Shown here piece after piece: positions 28,183 to 39,248 of a DNA stretch of 64,000 bases. The position numbers and the translations under genes are program-made. The stretch is from a virus. Every line of letters starts with the position of its first letter. Position 1 is the first letter of the stretch. The notes below the pieces were generated by a model. That model did not search any database. It saw nothing but the letters and a program-made list of their open reading frames with translations, and was not told the DNA's origin. Location of the stretch: the IMG/VR virus record IMGVR_UViG_3300046787_000099, positions 47,974 to 111,973 of that record; one strand, written 5' to 3'.

Positions 28183-31100
28183 TGAAGACAGAACATGAAG
28201 TAGCTAACTATTTCATTGCAGCAGTTATAGCAGCCTTTGCATTATGCTGGGCTGTTATACATGCTGTGAATGGGTATGATGGTGGTAAGAAATACACTAT
28301 CAGGACAGAGTATGGCACCTATCATTCTGATAACATCAGAGTGTGTGGTAAAGGTATCGCATTTGATACTGAAGACAAGAAGATTATAATAATGGGTAAC
28401 TTTAACATCATATCAAATTTAGAACAATGAGAGTATTCGCAAGAGATTTAGGCAAGTATTGCACAGTTGTATCAACTAAGCAATTGAGAGAAGCACAGGC
28501 TGCAGACATTCCTGAGGCAAAGATCACAGTAGAGATTCACATGAATATCAATGATCAAAAGACTAAGCCATTCTACAAGACTGTAGGTAAGGCAGAAGCT
28601 AGTTACGGACAACTAAAGTTCTAACCATGAAACCACTACGTGTAGATAAATGCAAGTGCACACAAGACTATAAGGTGTATAACACTGATGTTGTTTACTT
28701 AAAAGGTAAACAATACATCTGTGAGTATCATCCTAATGGTATCTATGGTGCATACTATGTAGTATATCTAAATGATAGAGTATCATGCAATGTTAATTTA
28801 GTAGCATTCAACACAAATTTTAAAAGATTAAAACATGAGAACACAAGCACAAGAGCTGGCAAGACTAGCAAAAGGATTAATGGTAGAAATACAAAAGCAA
28901 GAGTTCCTTGATTCTAGAACAAGAATCAACGATTATGTAGATGTATATGCTAATGATGCAAAGGATTATGTACATGTACGCTTTGATAGAAATAGTAAAC
29001 CAGTTGACGTTACTATTCATTCGTATGGTAATTTCCATTCTGAAACACTTAATATTGATCTATCAGTCACTGATGAGAAATTAGATGAGATTGTTGAACG
29101 TAGTCAAACTGTTATTGATGAGTTCATTCACATCTTTGCTAATAGAAGTGAGGAGATTAGACAAGAACGTATTGCAGAATTAGAAGAACGATTAGCAATA
29201 CTTAGAGGAGACGTATAATGTATCAGTTAGCTAAACTAGTATTGATTAACTATCAGCCCAAGGAATTGGAAGAAGATATGATGTTTGCCATGGATGTACA
29301 CTTACGTACATTCGATGGTGATTATTCATACTTGCATGTACACACTCTTGACAAGATACCAAAGGATAAGGATAAGTACATTCGTGAGAATGGTTTCCCT
29401 GTTCACATGTATCTTATTGCTCAAGAGCAGACTAATCCAGATATACCAGAGAGAATCATTGCATCACACGACCAAATTGGTTTGTGGGATTATGGTGTTG
29501 ATGATGAGGTATTACACATGATGGACATCAGTCATATCAATAGCATCCTTATGAATGAAGGATATGTTATGGTAGACAGTGATGAAGATGGTGATCCTAT
29601 TCTTGAAGAAGGATATGTTGTTCTTTGTTCACACATGAGTGATGAGGATGAAGAATGGGTTCAAACTTGGGGAGAAGATGATGAATTTAAAGAACCATGG
29701 CAAGAACAGTTAGATCAGCAATAGTAAAGTATCTTAAAGAGGAAAAGATTCCCTTTAGGACAGTAAATGAAAAGAACATCCTAGTGATGAGAGCCAACTC
29801 TAGATACCACTATTGTGTAGTGGAATTCTTTGACATGCCTCAAGATTGGTATGATAGACAGCAGTATTTCAAGTTCAAACGTATCTATCCAGGGCAGAGT
29901 GGCAAGAGTATTATTATTAAACTAAATGAATATTTGTATGAGAACACGTGTAGGGAATCTAATCAAAGTGGAGAATCCACGACAATTAACTAATAAAAAC
30001 CATGAGTATCGAGGTGTTATCCTGAAGGAGAACAATGTTGCATTACCTTATGTATTTACGGACACAGAGCTAGAAGTAGCTTATGCTCGTTATAATAAGT
30101 TTATGGACACCATTCTCAAGCAGAGTTTAGTATCTAAGATCATAGACTAATGAACAGAGGTGACAAAGAGCTTGCAAAGCTTGCTGCTATTATAGTATCG
30201 GGAGTGTTACTTGTAGCAGTCATTTCATTTATTACGTTTAGCATCTATATGTATATTAAGCATCCTGATACAAAGGAAGTACAATTTAAAATAGGTAAAT
30301 AATGGCAAGTAGTAAAGGAAGAACCTATGTTGATTGCTATCACCCAACAAACGATGATTTGTGGTGCCAAATTGAGGTGTTCTGGAAGCACAACTATGAA
30401 CCACCAGTTATGTATTATCAAGATGGATCAGGTTATCCTGGTGATGACTCAATAGAGATCATAGAGACAAAGATGATTACATACTGTGGAGATCCAGTAC
30501 AGCAAATGGTAGAACCACATTGGATCGATTGGGACAAGGTGATGGAAGAATTAAACATGGAAGATTTGAATTAACATGAAAAGAAGAAAGAAAGTAGAAC
30601 ACAGGTTAGTTAGAACTAATCCTATTGAGCAGCATTATACAGACTGTTTGGACTGTGGTCATGTTCACAATGTAGAGTCATTAATGAAATACTACAAGAG
30701 ACAAGGAGCACATTCAATGCACTATCTGTGTGATGAATGCAACTGTAGGATGAGATTGACAACCACAAAACTAGGTTATCTAGTTTTTAACAAACAATCA
30801 GTAAATAGCTATGGCAAGAAACAATGGGATGATATATTTCAGGTGGCTGAGATCGAGATTCCACAAGAGGTTAAAACATGGTTGGTTAGAACGTATCAAC
30901 CACCAAGAAAACGAGCAAGTAACGAATTACCCACAATTAACAATTAACTCACAATTAAACAATAACAAGATGAAATTATTACAATTTAACGCAGAACAGT
31001 TCGAAACAGGTAACTACGATTTAGTAACAGCAGATGGTAAAGCAGTGAAGTTTGGGCATATTGACAAAACAGAACGTGCAGCTATCTTTGGCTACATTAA

Positions 31101-31726
31101 TTCATTTGCATATATCTGGGACATTAACGGTGTATGTCTTACTAACAAGACTATAAATAATAAGAATGATTTAAGATTGAAGCACAAGGCTCAAACCTTA
31201 TACATCACTATCACACTTGGTAAGAATGATAGAATCAATACGTATGCTAGTTCAGATGGTCAACCAAAGGTGAAGAGCGGATCAAAGTTATTGAAACGTT
31301 TAGAAGTTCAGTTTGATGAATTAGATTTCTAAGACAATGAAAGTAGCAACTATCAGTGTACAGTCAGTCTTTGAGCATATTGACAAAGAACTGAAAAAGG
31401 AGTATCTTCGTGATAAACAACGGTGGATGGAGAAGTGGAATGTTAGAGAGATCAAAACATACACACCAAAGACCGCATTAGAACGATGATATATGTCTAG
31501 AAGTACTAAGAAGCCAATCATTAAGGATGCGCCTCGTAATGCCAAGAAATCAGCCCTCTATTGGAGAGCTGTACGTAAGGGAATGAAGAGAGCTGTGAAC
31601 AGATTAGCACGTGGTGAGGAGGTAGAAATACCTTCTCATCATAGCTTAGTTAATGATTATGATTATAGTGACTTTACATTACATCCTTATGATGAGGAAT
31701 CACGAAAGAAGTTTAAACGTAAATAG
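28182..31726 (+). other. Run of about 14 small translationally coupled hypothetical genes
   Basis: ORFs at 28182, 28427, 28627, 28835, 29218, 29697, 29938, 30150 (unlisted, one TM), 30302, 30576 (CxxC..CxxC), 30970, 31337 (unlisted) and 31493 (basic, MSRSTKKPI). Confidence 0.6.
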
Positions 31727-31728
31727 TT

Positions 31729-33188
31729 ATGGAAGAAGAGTTCATATCATACGAGCAAGCATTAGCCTTAAAGGAATTAGGGTTTGATGAAAAGTGTTTT
31801 AAAACATACAATGAAGATAAAGAATTAATATTCTATTGTACTGGTAAATATTATTACCCTGCCCCACTTAAACAACAAGTATTTAGATGGTTTATGGAGA
31901 AGTATAAACTTGTGCATGAAATTAATGTTTATTCCACAACAGATGGGTACGCATTTAGCTTTAAAATATTGTGCAAAAAGTACACTCCATTTATAGATGC
32001 AAATGATACTTGGACTACCTACGAAGAAGCAGAGAATGCTTGTATAGATAAACTTATAGAGATAGCTAAACAACAAGACAAATGAAACTATACACAGAAG
32101 AAGAATTAAGACATGTTGTTAAAGTTGCTTTTTGGCAAGATTTTGAGAATGGTACCACCGAAGATGATATAATAGGTTTTGCTAATCCTATCGAACTACC
32201 AAGTGATGATGCAATAGAAGCTGCAGCATTAGATACATATCGTGAGTATCCTAACAATCCAAAAGAACACCCTGAATGGACGTACAATAAAGATGTTAAT
32301 GCTCCTAGAAAAAGAAGAGCATTTAACATTGGTGCTCATTGGGTATTGAATCACATTAATCAACAGAAGGACATTGATGTCCCTCTGTCAAAACAACAAG
32401 ACAAATGAAAAATGAATCAATAATTAACGTTAAGCTCTCAGATGAGGTTAGCGAGTTTTTACGTATGAATTCTACTATGGTAGAAATTGATGGATCGAGA
32501 TATTACCAACCAGCTCAATTTTGGTACACACAAGCTTTTCTGGGAAATGAAAACATATTTCGGGTACATACAAAACTACCAACTTATCAACCAGACAAAT
32601 GAGTGATATAGCACTTAGTCATTGGGTAGAGTTTGACTTTAATGACATATCTACTAGACCAACATCTTATGGTAAGCATCTAGTATGCAGGAAAGATGGT
32701 AAGATTCATTGGGAAACATGGAATGGTTCTGGATGGGCATACAATCACAATTCAATCACGCACTGGGCAGTGATTAAGTCACCTAAACAACAAGGCAATG
32801 GGATGGAAATCAACAATTGATATAACAAGGACGCAAGCCCTTGCTCTTGTCTTAGATTACGCATTACAATGTGGTAATTTGTCAGATTCAGAACTAGAGG
32901 ACTTATTAGAAACCCTTGGTTATGGAGACAATCAGACATTGCCTTATTTTGGATACAATTTTAACATAACTAGACAACAAGACAATGAGTGATATAGCAA
33001 TGTGTGCTGGAACTGAGTGTCCACGCAAGAATAACTGTCATAGACATACGGCTGAGTACAATGAATATGGTCAGTCCTATTTTGTGACACCACCTATCAA
33101 GGAGGATGGTAGCTGTGAGTATTTCTGGGACAACAAAGACTATCCAGCAGAAGGAGCATTCCATAATAAACTAGAAGACAATGGATGA
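31729..33188 (+). other. Array of six small genes joined by a conserved junction sequence
   Basis: Genes at 31729, 32082, 32405, 32599, 32798 and 32985; junction consensus AAACAACAAGACAA(A)TG. Confidence 0.75.
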
Positions 33189-33552
33189 TAAACCAATATT
33201 CAAGAGTAGAGGTCCTGGTGTACCTGGTACATTTACAGGTGAAGAAGTTGTATCCGAAGAGACAATAAAAGAATTAGCTAGAAGGATAAATGGTGGACAC
33301 ACAATGGAAAGAAAACAAACAGCAGTAGAATGGCTTGAAGAGTTGTTGCACTTTGAGTGTAAATATAGTCTTAATAATGAAGTAATAATTAATTATGATG
33401 TATTGGATAACATTATTATGAAAGCCAAACAAATGGAGAAAGAGCAGATAGTGGAAGCTTGGTATAAAAGAGGCAACTCAATAGTTCCAAGATATTATTT
33501 AAAAGAAAATATAAACGGAGAGCAATATTATAACGAAACTTATGGCAAATAA
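33181..33552 (+). CDS. KQTAVEWL/EKEQI/QYYNETY-family small protein
   Basis: Motifs shared with the next gene. Confidence 0.6.
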   Translation: MDDKPIFKSRGPGVPGTFTGEEVVSEETIKELARRINGGHTMERKQTAVEWLEELLHFECKYSLNNEVIINYDVLDNIIMKAKQMEKEQIVEAWYKRGNSIVPRYYLKENINGEQYYNETYGK

Positions 33553-33784
33553 AACAGCAATGCAAGAAATGTATGGTGATTTAATAGAAAAACATATTGT
33601 GTATACAAAAGCAGGAATGATTAACGAGGCTACTTCTTTAGTATCATCAATTGAATTAGCAGAACACTTAATAGGTAAAGAGAAAGAACAGATACAAAAA
33701 GCATTTCATGATTCTGTTGTAAGTATGGCTGTAGGTAGAATCATGACTCCAAATCAATATTACAACGAAATCTATAACAAATAA
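33542..33784 (+). CDS. Paralogue of the preceding gene
   Basis: KTAMQE...EKEQI...QYYNEIY. Confidence 0.6.
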   Translation: MANKTAMQEMYGDLIEKHIVYTKAGMINEATSLVSSIELAEHLIGKEKEQIQKAFHDSVVSMAVGRIMTPNQYYNEIYNK

Positions 33785-33796
33785 GCATGAAAGTGC

Positions 33797-33827
33797 TTGA
33801 TCATTACGATAATGTTATGTATCTTTG
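33797..33827 (+). promoter_or_regulatory. Bacteroidota sigma-A type promoter
   Basis: TTG followed by TATCTTTG (TAnnTTTG, -7 element) at 33820-33827. Confidence 0.6.
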
Positions 33828-33831
33828 CTAA

Positions 33832-34584
33832 ATGAAGAAACCAGTATCAGGTGTTTATATAATACAGAATCTTGTGAACAACAAAGTCTATGTAGGGGCA
33901 TCAAAAAACCTCTATGATAGACTTTGTATGCACAAGGTTCAGTTAAGAGCTAATAGACACCACAATGCTCATTTACAAGCAGCTTATAATTTACAAGGAG
34001 AAGACAGTTTTGTATTTGATGTACTAGAAGAATGTGATGAGGAGTTTATCTACTCACAGGAAAACTACTGGTGCATTATGTTAAACTCTCATAATCGAGA
34101 ATTAGGCTATAATTGCGATTCTACGGGTCCAAATGGTAAATGTGGAGTAAGTGATGAAACAAGAGTTAAAATGTCAGCAGGGGCAGAGAAAAGAGTTGTA
34201 CAAGTATATACTATATACGGAAAACATGTAACCGATTTATCAGACTTACATACAGCAAGTAAGTATTTTGAAACAGCCCCACCAAACATTCATAGAAAGA
34301 TGAATGTGCTCTTTAACAAACGTAACATCATTGACTCAACATTAACCAAACATCTAGTACTTGATGCTAATACAGAAGTTACAGAAGTTGTATCTTATTG
34401 GAATAACATATTTGATAAAATTAGAGCACAAACAGGTAAATACAAGGTTTATGACTGCTTTGATAATTTCATAGGTTCATGTAATTCTAGAGAACTTTGT
34501 ACAATTTTAGAGACTTCTATTCATGCTATCACAACTAGCGTAAGAAGAGGAACATATTTAAGAACACTAAAAATAACAAGATGA
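33832..34584 (+). mobile_element. Free-standing GIY-YIG homing endonuclease
   Basis: SGVYIIQNLVNNKVYVGAS, conserved R, E and N (ENYW..LGYN), NUMOD-like SDETRVKMS. Confidence 0.85.
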
Positions 34585-36530
34585 AAGTAATAGTAAGTGA
34601 CATAGAAACTATGGCTGAGTACTTCTTATGTATGTGTTATGAGCCTGATACAGACAAATGGATACCGTTTGAAGTAAGCCAGTGGACTAATACATTAGAT
34701 GCAATGATTAATTACTTTGAAAAGAAGAATGATCATTACTTTGTATTCTATAATGGTTTGAGGTTTGATAGTCAAGTGCTTGAGTTTATTATAAGAAACA
34801 ATCATTCATGGCATGAACTAGGTGGATTAGAAATCTGTGCTATAATTGCACAAAAGGCTCAAGATACTATACATGATGCTAATTATGAGGTATTTCCAGA
34901 ATATAAGGAATCTGAACTTAGCTTTAAGGTGCTTGATTTGTTCAAGATAGCGCATTTTGACAATAAAAATCGAATGGTGAGTCTAAAGAGACTAGAGTTT
35001 GAGATGGATCTAGAGAACATCGAGGAGATGCCTATACATCACACAAAAACAAACATGACCAAAGAAGAGATTGCTCTCACTATGGACTATTGTCGTAATG
35101 ATGTACACGCAACCTATGAGTTCTACAAGATTACTACAGGCAACTGTGATCATCCATTGTACAAGGGTAACAATCAGATAGAGCTAAGACAAGACATCCA
35201 AGAAGAATTTGGTATACCATGTCTTAATTACTCTGATAGTAAGATTGGTGATGAGATGATTAAGAAGTATTATTGCGAACAGAAAGGTATTAAACCAGAC
35301 ATGCTTCCTAAGAAAGGATTCTTTCGTAAGGAGATTAGAGTGAAGAACTGTATTGCAGATTATGTTGAGTTCAAGACACCACAGCTAAAACTCTTCCTAA
35401 AGAAGATGAAAGGCACAGTGCTTGGATTATCAGATGATTTCAAAGAGCACATTACATTCTATGACAATGTGTATTCATTCATGAAAGGTGGTTTACATAC
35501 AGAGAACAAACCAGAAATATTTGAAGCTGATGAGAATTATGAGATCATTGATTGGGACGTGTCTAGCTATTACCCTGCTATTATCATTAATAATAACCGC
35601 TATCCCTCTCATCTTGGTAAAGAGTTTCTTCGTGGTTACAAACAGATGTTTGACCGTAGGCTCGAACTTAAGCCCCAGGCAAAGAAGGACAAACGCATCA
35701 AGGGTATTGTTGGTGCTCTTAAGCTTGCTGTTAACTCTGTGTATGGTAAGTCTAGTGATATGCAATCTTGGATCTATGACAGGCAGCTTACTATGTTTAC
35801 AACTATTACTGGCGAGCTGTCTCTATTTATGCTTATTGAAGCTTATGAACTAGAGGGCATACATGTAATATCAGCTAACACTGATGGTGTAACAATTAAG
35901 ATTAAGAAAACAGACCTAGATAAGATGCATGCAATCAATGCATGGTGGTCAGAACTAACTCAATATGAACTCGAAAGAACAGATTACAGTAAGATTATTT
36001 TCTCAACTGTTAACGATTACCTCGCGGTTAAAACAGATGGAGAGATTAAGAAGAAAGGAGATTTTCTTACTGACTTTGAGCTTCATAAGAATAAGTCTGG
36101 TAGGGTGGTACCAATTGCCCTTGAACAGTATTTCATCAATAACACTCCTGTTGCTGATACTATTCGCAATCATAGAAACATATATGATTTTGCAATGCGG
36201 CAACGAGCTACAAAGGATTTCCACTTTGAAGGAAGATCTGATAATGGCACAACAGTCTACAACAAGCTTATTAGATACTATGTATCCATTAGTGGGGAAA
36301 AGCTTCTTAAGGTCAAGAATGAAGATTGTGACTCAAGAGCAGCAGCTATATCACAAGTGGAGGCAGGAGAATGGTTGATGACAGTGTGTAATCACCTATC
36401 ACCAAAGCATCCACTAGATAACATTAACCATTCTTATTATATTGAGAAGGCAGAACGTATTATTAACAAGATTAATTATCAGGGCAAGAAAGTACCTGTG
36501 ATTGATCCTAATCAACTAAGTTTATTCTAA
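34581..36530 (+). CDS. DNA polymerase family B
   Basis: Exo motifs DIET, YNGLRFD, YCRND; pol motifs DVSSYYP, KLAVNSVYGK, ANTDG. Confidence 0.92.
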   Translation: MKVIVSDIETMAEYFLCMCYEPDTDKWIPFEVSQWTNTLDAMINYFEKKNDHYFVFYNGLRFDSQVLEFIIRNNHSWHELGGLEICAIIAQKAQDTIHDANYEVFPEYKESELSFKVLDLFKIAHFDNKNRMVSLKRLEFEMDLENIEEMPIHHTKTNMTKEEIALTMDYCRNDVHATYEFYKITTGNCDHPLYKGNNQIELRQDIQEEFGIPCLNYSDSKIGDEMIKKYYCEQKGIKPDMLPKKGFFRKEIRVKNCIADYVEFKTPQLKLFLKKMKGTVLGLSDDFKEHITFYDNVYSFMKGGLHTENKPEIFEADENYEIIDWDVSSYYPAIIINNNRYPSHLGKEFLRGYKQMFDRRLELKPQAKKDKRIKGIVGALKLAVNSVYGKSSDMQSWIYDRQLTMFTTITGELSLFMLIEAYELEGIHVISANTDGVTIKIKKTDLDKMHAINAWWSELTQYELERTDYSKIIFSTVNDYLAVKTDGEIKKKGDFLTDFELHKNKSGRVVPIALEQYFINNTPVADTIRNHRNIYDFAMRQRATKDFHFEGRSDNGTTVYNKLIRYYVSISGEKLLKVKNEDCDSRAAAISQVEAGEWLMTVCNHLSPKHPLDNINHSYYIEKAERIINKINYQGKKVPVIDPNQLSLF

Positions 36531-36838
36531 TGGCAGGAACACAAAAGCAACGTGATCAATTGATCAAAAACCTCATTACACTACAGATGGAGTGTATTGG
36601 GAAGAGGTATGTAGATTGGATTGAAGTAGATAATCCAAGAGAGCTCTATCGTATTACAGAGGAGCAGTACAGAGAGTTTGATAAGAAAGCTATCTATCTA
36701 ATCAAGAAGACAAAGAAATGTAATAGTGGTATAGCACGTAACACTCTCAATGAGTTCAATGATAAGATTGGATTAGAGATACACGTACCCATCTTTACAG
36801 TGTGGGACAGACTAAGGAAGTTTTTTGTTGGATATTAG
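36530..36838 (+). CDS. Hypothetical protein
   Basis: 102 aa, coupled to the polymerase gene. Confidence 0.55.
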   Translation: MAGTQKQRDQLIKNLITLQMECIGKRYVDWIEVDNPRELYRITEEQYREFDKKAIYLIKKTKKCNSGIARNTLNEFNDKIGLEIHVPIFTVWDRLRKFFVGY

Positions 36839-37155
36839 TGCAATTTAGTACACTATATTATACACAATGTGCCTTGTGGTGGAAAAAAGCAAGGTATAGT
36901 ATAATATATTGCACTTTACTGTGTATAATTAAGATAGATTATTCGGTATAATTCCGAATTAGTGTTACCTATTTGCCAAAATACGTAACAAAATAGTGCC
37001 AAATTCGGAAGTAATACTACGGATAATGATAAAAATCCAAACCAATATTGGCTGGTAAATGATAATTATCCAAACCAATAGTGTGCATTACTAATATACA
37101 AAAGTATATACTACTAGTATACACTATTGACGAAACTTGTAGTTTTTGACAAGTT
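36837..37155. repeat. Non-coding array of dissimilar palindromes plus a 23-bp direct repeat
   Basis: For example ATTCGG-N7-CCGAAT, TGTTAC..GTAACA, AACTTGT-N8-ACAAGTT, and AATGATAAWWATCCAAACCAATA twice. Confidence 0.65.
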
Positions 37156-37164
37156 CTGATAATA

Positions 37165-37195
37165 AGAAAGCCTCAGAGAGATCTGGGGCTTTTCT
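37165..37195. terminator. Likely bidirectional terminator
   Basis: AGAAAGCCTCAGA-GAGA-TCTGGGGCTTTTCT. Confidence 0.7.
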
Positions 37196-37196
37196 A

Positions 37197-37331
37197 TTAC
37201 ACTTCCTTATCAAGCACTAGTGGTTTGATATGTCTTCTCTCTGAACGAACAATCGTTGACTTAGAGAACTTAGAGAGTGTAGCTCCTAATGAAGAGCAGA
37301 TTAACATTACAGCAAGGATTAAATGTAGCAT
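37197..37331 (-). CDS. 44-aa counter-oriented hydrophobic/basic peptide
   Basis: MLHLILAVMLICSSLGATLSKFSKSTIVRSERRHIKPLVLDKEV; minus-strand TATCTTTG just upstream; stop codon abuts the terminator. Confidence 0.5.
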   Translation of the reverse strand: MLHLILAVMLICSSLGATLSKFSKSTIVRSERRHIKPLVLDKEV

Positions 37332-37454
37332 AGTATTATTGGATTATTCTTACAAAGATAATACATAGAATAGTACTAAACTACTGAGAATTGCATTTTA
37401 CCAAGAACTTGATAAAAGTTCTTTATTTATTCACATTTTAACACAAACACAATT

Positions 37455-38006
37455 ATGGCAGCACAAGAATTTATCGTAAGACAAACAGCTAGAAACGAAC
37501 AAGTAGCATTTAACAGAGCAGTTAACTTTGCTATTGAAGAGTATGGTAATGATATCTATAATGGTACAATCAGTACATGTGACAGTTATCAAGATGTTAC
37601 CACTGAGTATAAACGTAGTGGTAAGAAGTTAATGGACTTTATCAACAAGAAGCTAGAAGATGCTAATAAGCGTCAGTGCTTTGCTATTGTTGAAAAAGAA
37701 CCAAAGATTAACACTAACAAGATCAAGAGCACAGTGGAGAACAATGTAATCAAGGGAACCAGCAAATGGGAACTTGTATACAATGTACATACCAACTGGG
37801 ATGATCGTCAGGTTGCTTCTTTACGTACAAAGACTGAAGCTATCAAGGTTGCACGTGAACACACTGAGAAAACCAAGGATACTACATTTGTAAGAATGGA
37901 GAAGGTATTGGTTAATCAAGATCCCAATGTAGCAGTTGTTAGATATAAGCAATCAACAACAGAGTGTGAAGGAAGTTATGTATTCTTTGGTCTAGCAGCA
38001 TGTTAA
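37455..38006 (+). CDS. Hypothetical protein
   Basis: 183 aa with strong A-rich leader. Confidence 0.65.
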   Translation: MAAQEFIVRQTARNEQVAFNRAVNFAIEEYGNDIYNGTISTCDSYQDVTTEYKRSGKKLMDFINKKLEDANKRQCFAIVEKEPKINTNKIKSTVENNVIKGTSKWELVYNVHTNWDDRQVASLRTKTEAIKVAREHTEKTKDTTFVRMEKVLVNQDPNVAVVRYKQSTTECEGSYVFFGLAAC

Positions 38007-38171
38007 ATATGATACACATGGAAGATTATGAGAGGGAACATCTCAAAGATTTAGTATATTTACAAGAGGATATTGAGCTGATGCGTATCGAAGTGCAAAC
38101 AGAGATAAACAAGAGACAACCAGCTAAAATCCAAGTGATTGACCAAGACAAGATGTTACAAAAACAACGAG

Positions 38172-38798
38172 ATGAATCTAAAATTAACACTTTACCATTT
38201 TAATACTTTACAGAAATCTGGATTCACCTTAGACATGATTTTCCTCCTCAAACTAGTGGAGGAAGGTCATGATCTTAAAGCTCTTTGTGCCAATGATCCC
38301 AAGATGGAAATCATCTATCAAGGCATTCGTAGGAAAGGACTAATATCAGAGAATGATAAGATCACACTCACAGGTAACAATGTATTGAAGTTCCTCAAAG
38401 AGGAAGCACCAAAGGATAAGATCATCAAGAAGAAACCAGCTAACGAAGAGTTTGATAGATGGTGGAAAGCTTTTCCTGGTACAGATACATTTAAACATGC
38501 AGGTAAGACATTCTCAGGTACTAGAGCTTTGCGTAGGTCAATTGATGATTGTAGAACCAAGTTCAACTCTATTCTATCAGAGGGTGAGTATACAGCAGAT
38601 GATTTGATATCAGCATTGGAGTTTGATGTATTACAGAAGAAAGAGAACTCAGTAAAGAACAATGATAACAAGCTACGTTATATGCAGAACTCTCTCACCT
38701 ATCTAACACAGAGAAGCTTTGAGCCTTTCATTGAGTTAGTTAGAGAAGGGATGGTAGTTAAGGCAGCAACAAAAACAACAGGAGGTACAGATATATGA
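38172..38798 (+). CDS. Putative replication initiator/helicase loader-like protein
   Basis: N-terminal wHTH-like region; EEFDRWWKAFP and YMQNSLTYL resemble phage replisome organisers; upstream of DnaB. Confidence 0.5.
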   Translation: MNLKLTLYHFNTLQKSGFTLDMIFLLKLVEEGHDLKALCANDPKMEIIYQGIRRKGLISENDKITLTGNNVLKFLKEEAPKDKIIKKKPANEEFDRWWKAFPGTDTFKHAGKTFSGTRALRRSIDDCRTKFNSILSEGEYTADDLISALEFDVLQKKENSVKNNDNKLRYMQNSLTYLTQRSFEPFIELVREGMVVKAATKTTGGTDI

Positions 38799-39248
38799 GA
38801 TACATGAATGCAAAAGAAGAAGCTAAAGACTTAATAGGTAAATATGCCTTTCATACTTTAAGAGATTTCTCAGATGAAAACTTTGAAGAAACTAGACAAT
38901 GTGCATTAGTAGCAGTAGATAAGATATTAGACTTTATAACTTACAATGTAGTTCCATACACGTATGATAAAGACTCAATGAAAGCTGTTATATCTAATAA
39001 ACAACATTACATAAAAGTTAAACAGGAGATAGAGAAGCTATGAAATGGTTCAAAAGATTATTCAAGAAGAAAAGAGTAATGCTCACTAGTTACCATACAG
39101 GTACAAATGGTATGAAGAAACATGATGAATTTATCAAGTGGATTAATGCCAATGATGTTGAGATAATCAACTCATACATAACATATCATAAAGATTATAA
39201 GGATAATCATCTACCAGAGTATATAAACTACGTTGTAAAATACACATT

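Noticed and set aside
32068-33183. CRISPR array or true integron
   Set aside because: Intervals are whole genes of about 190-320 bp, repeats are not palindromic, and there are no cas genes, attC sites or integrase
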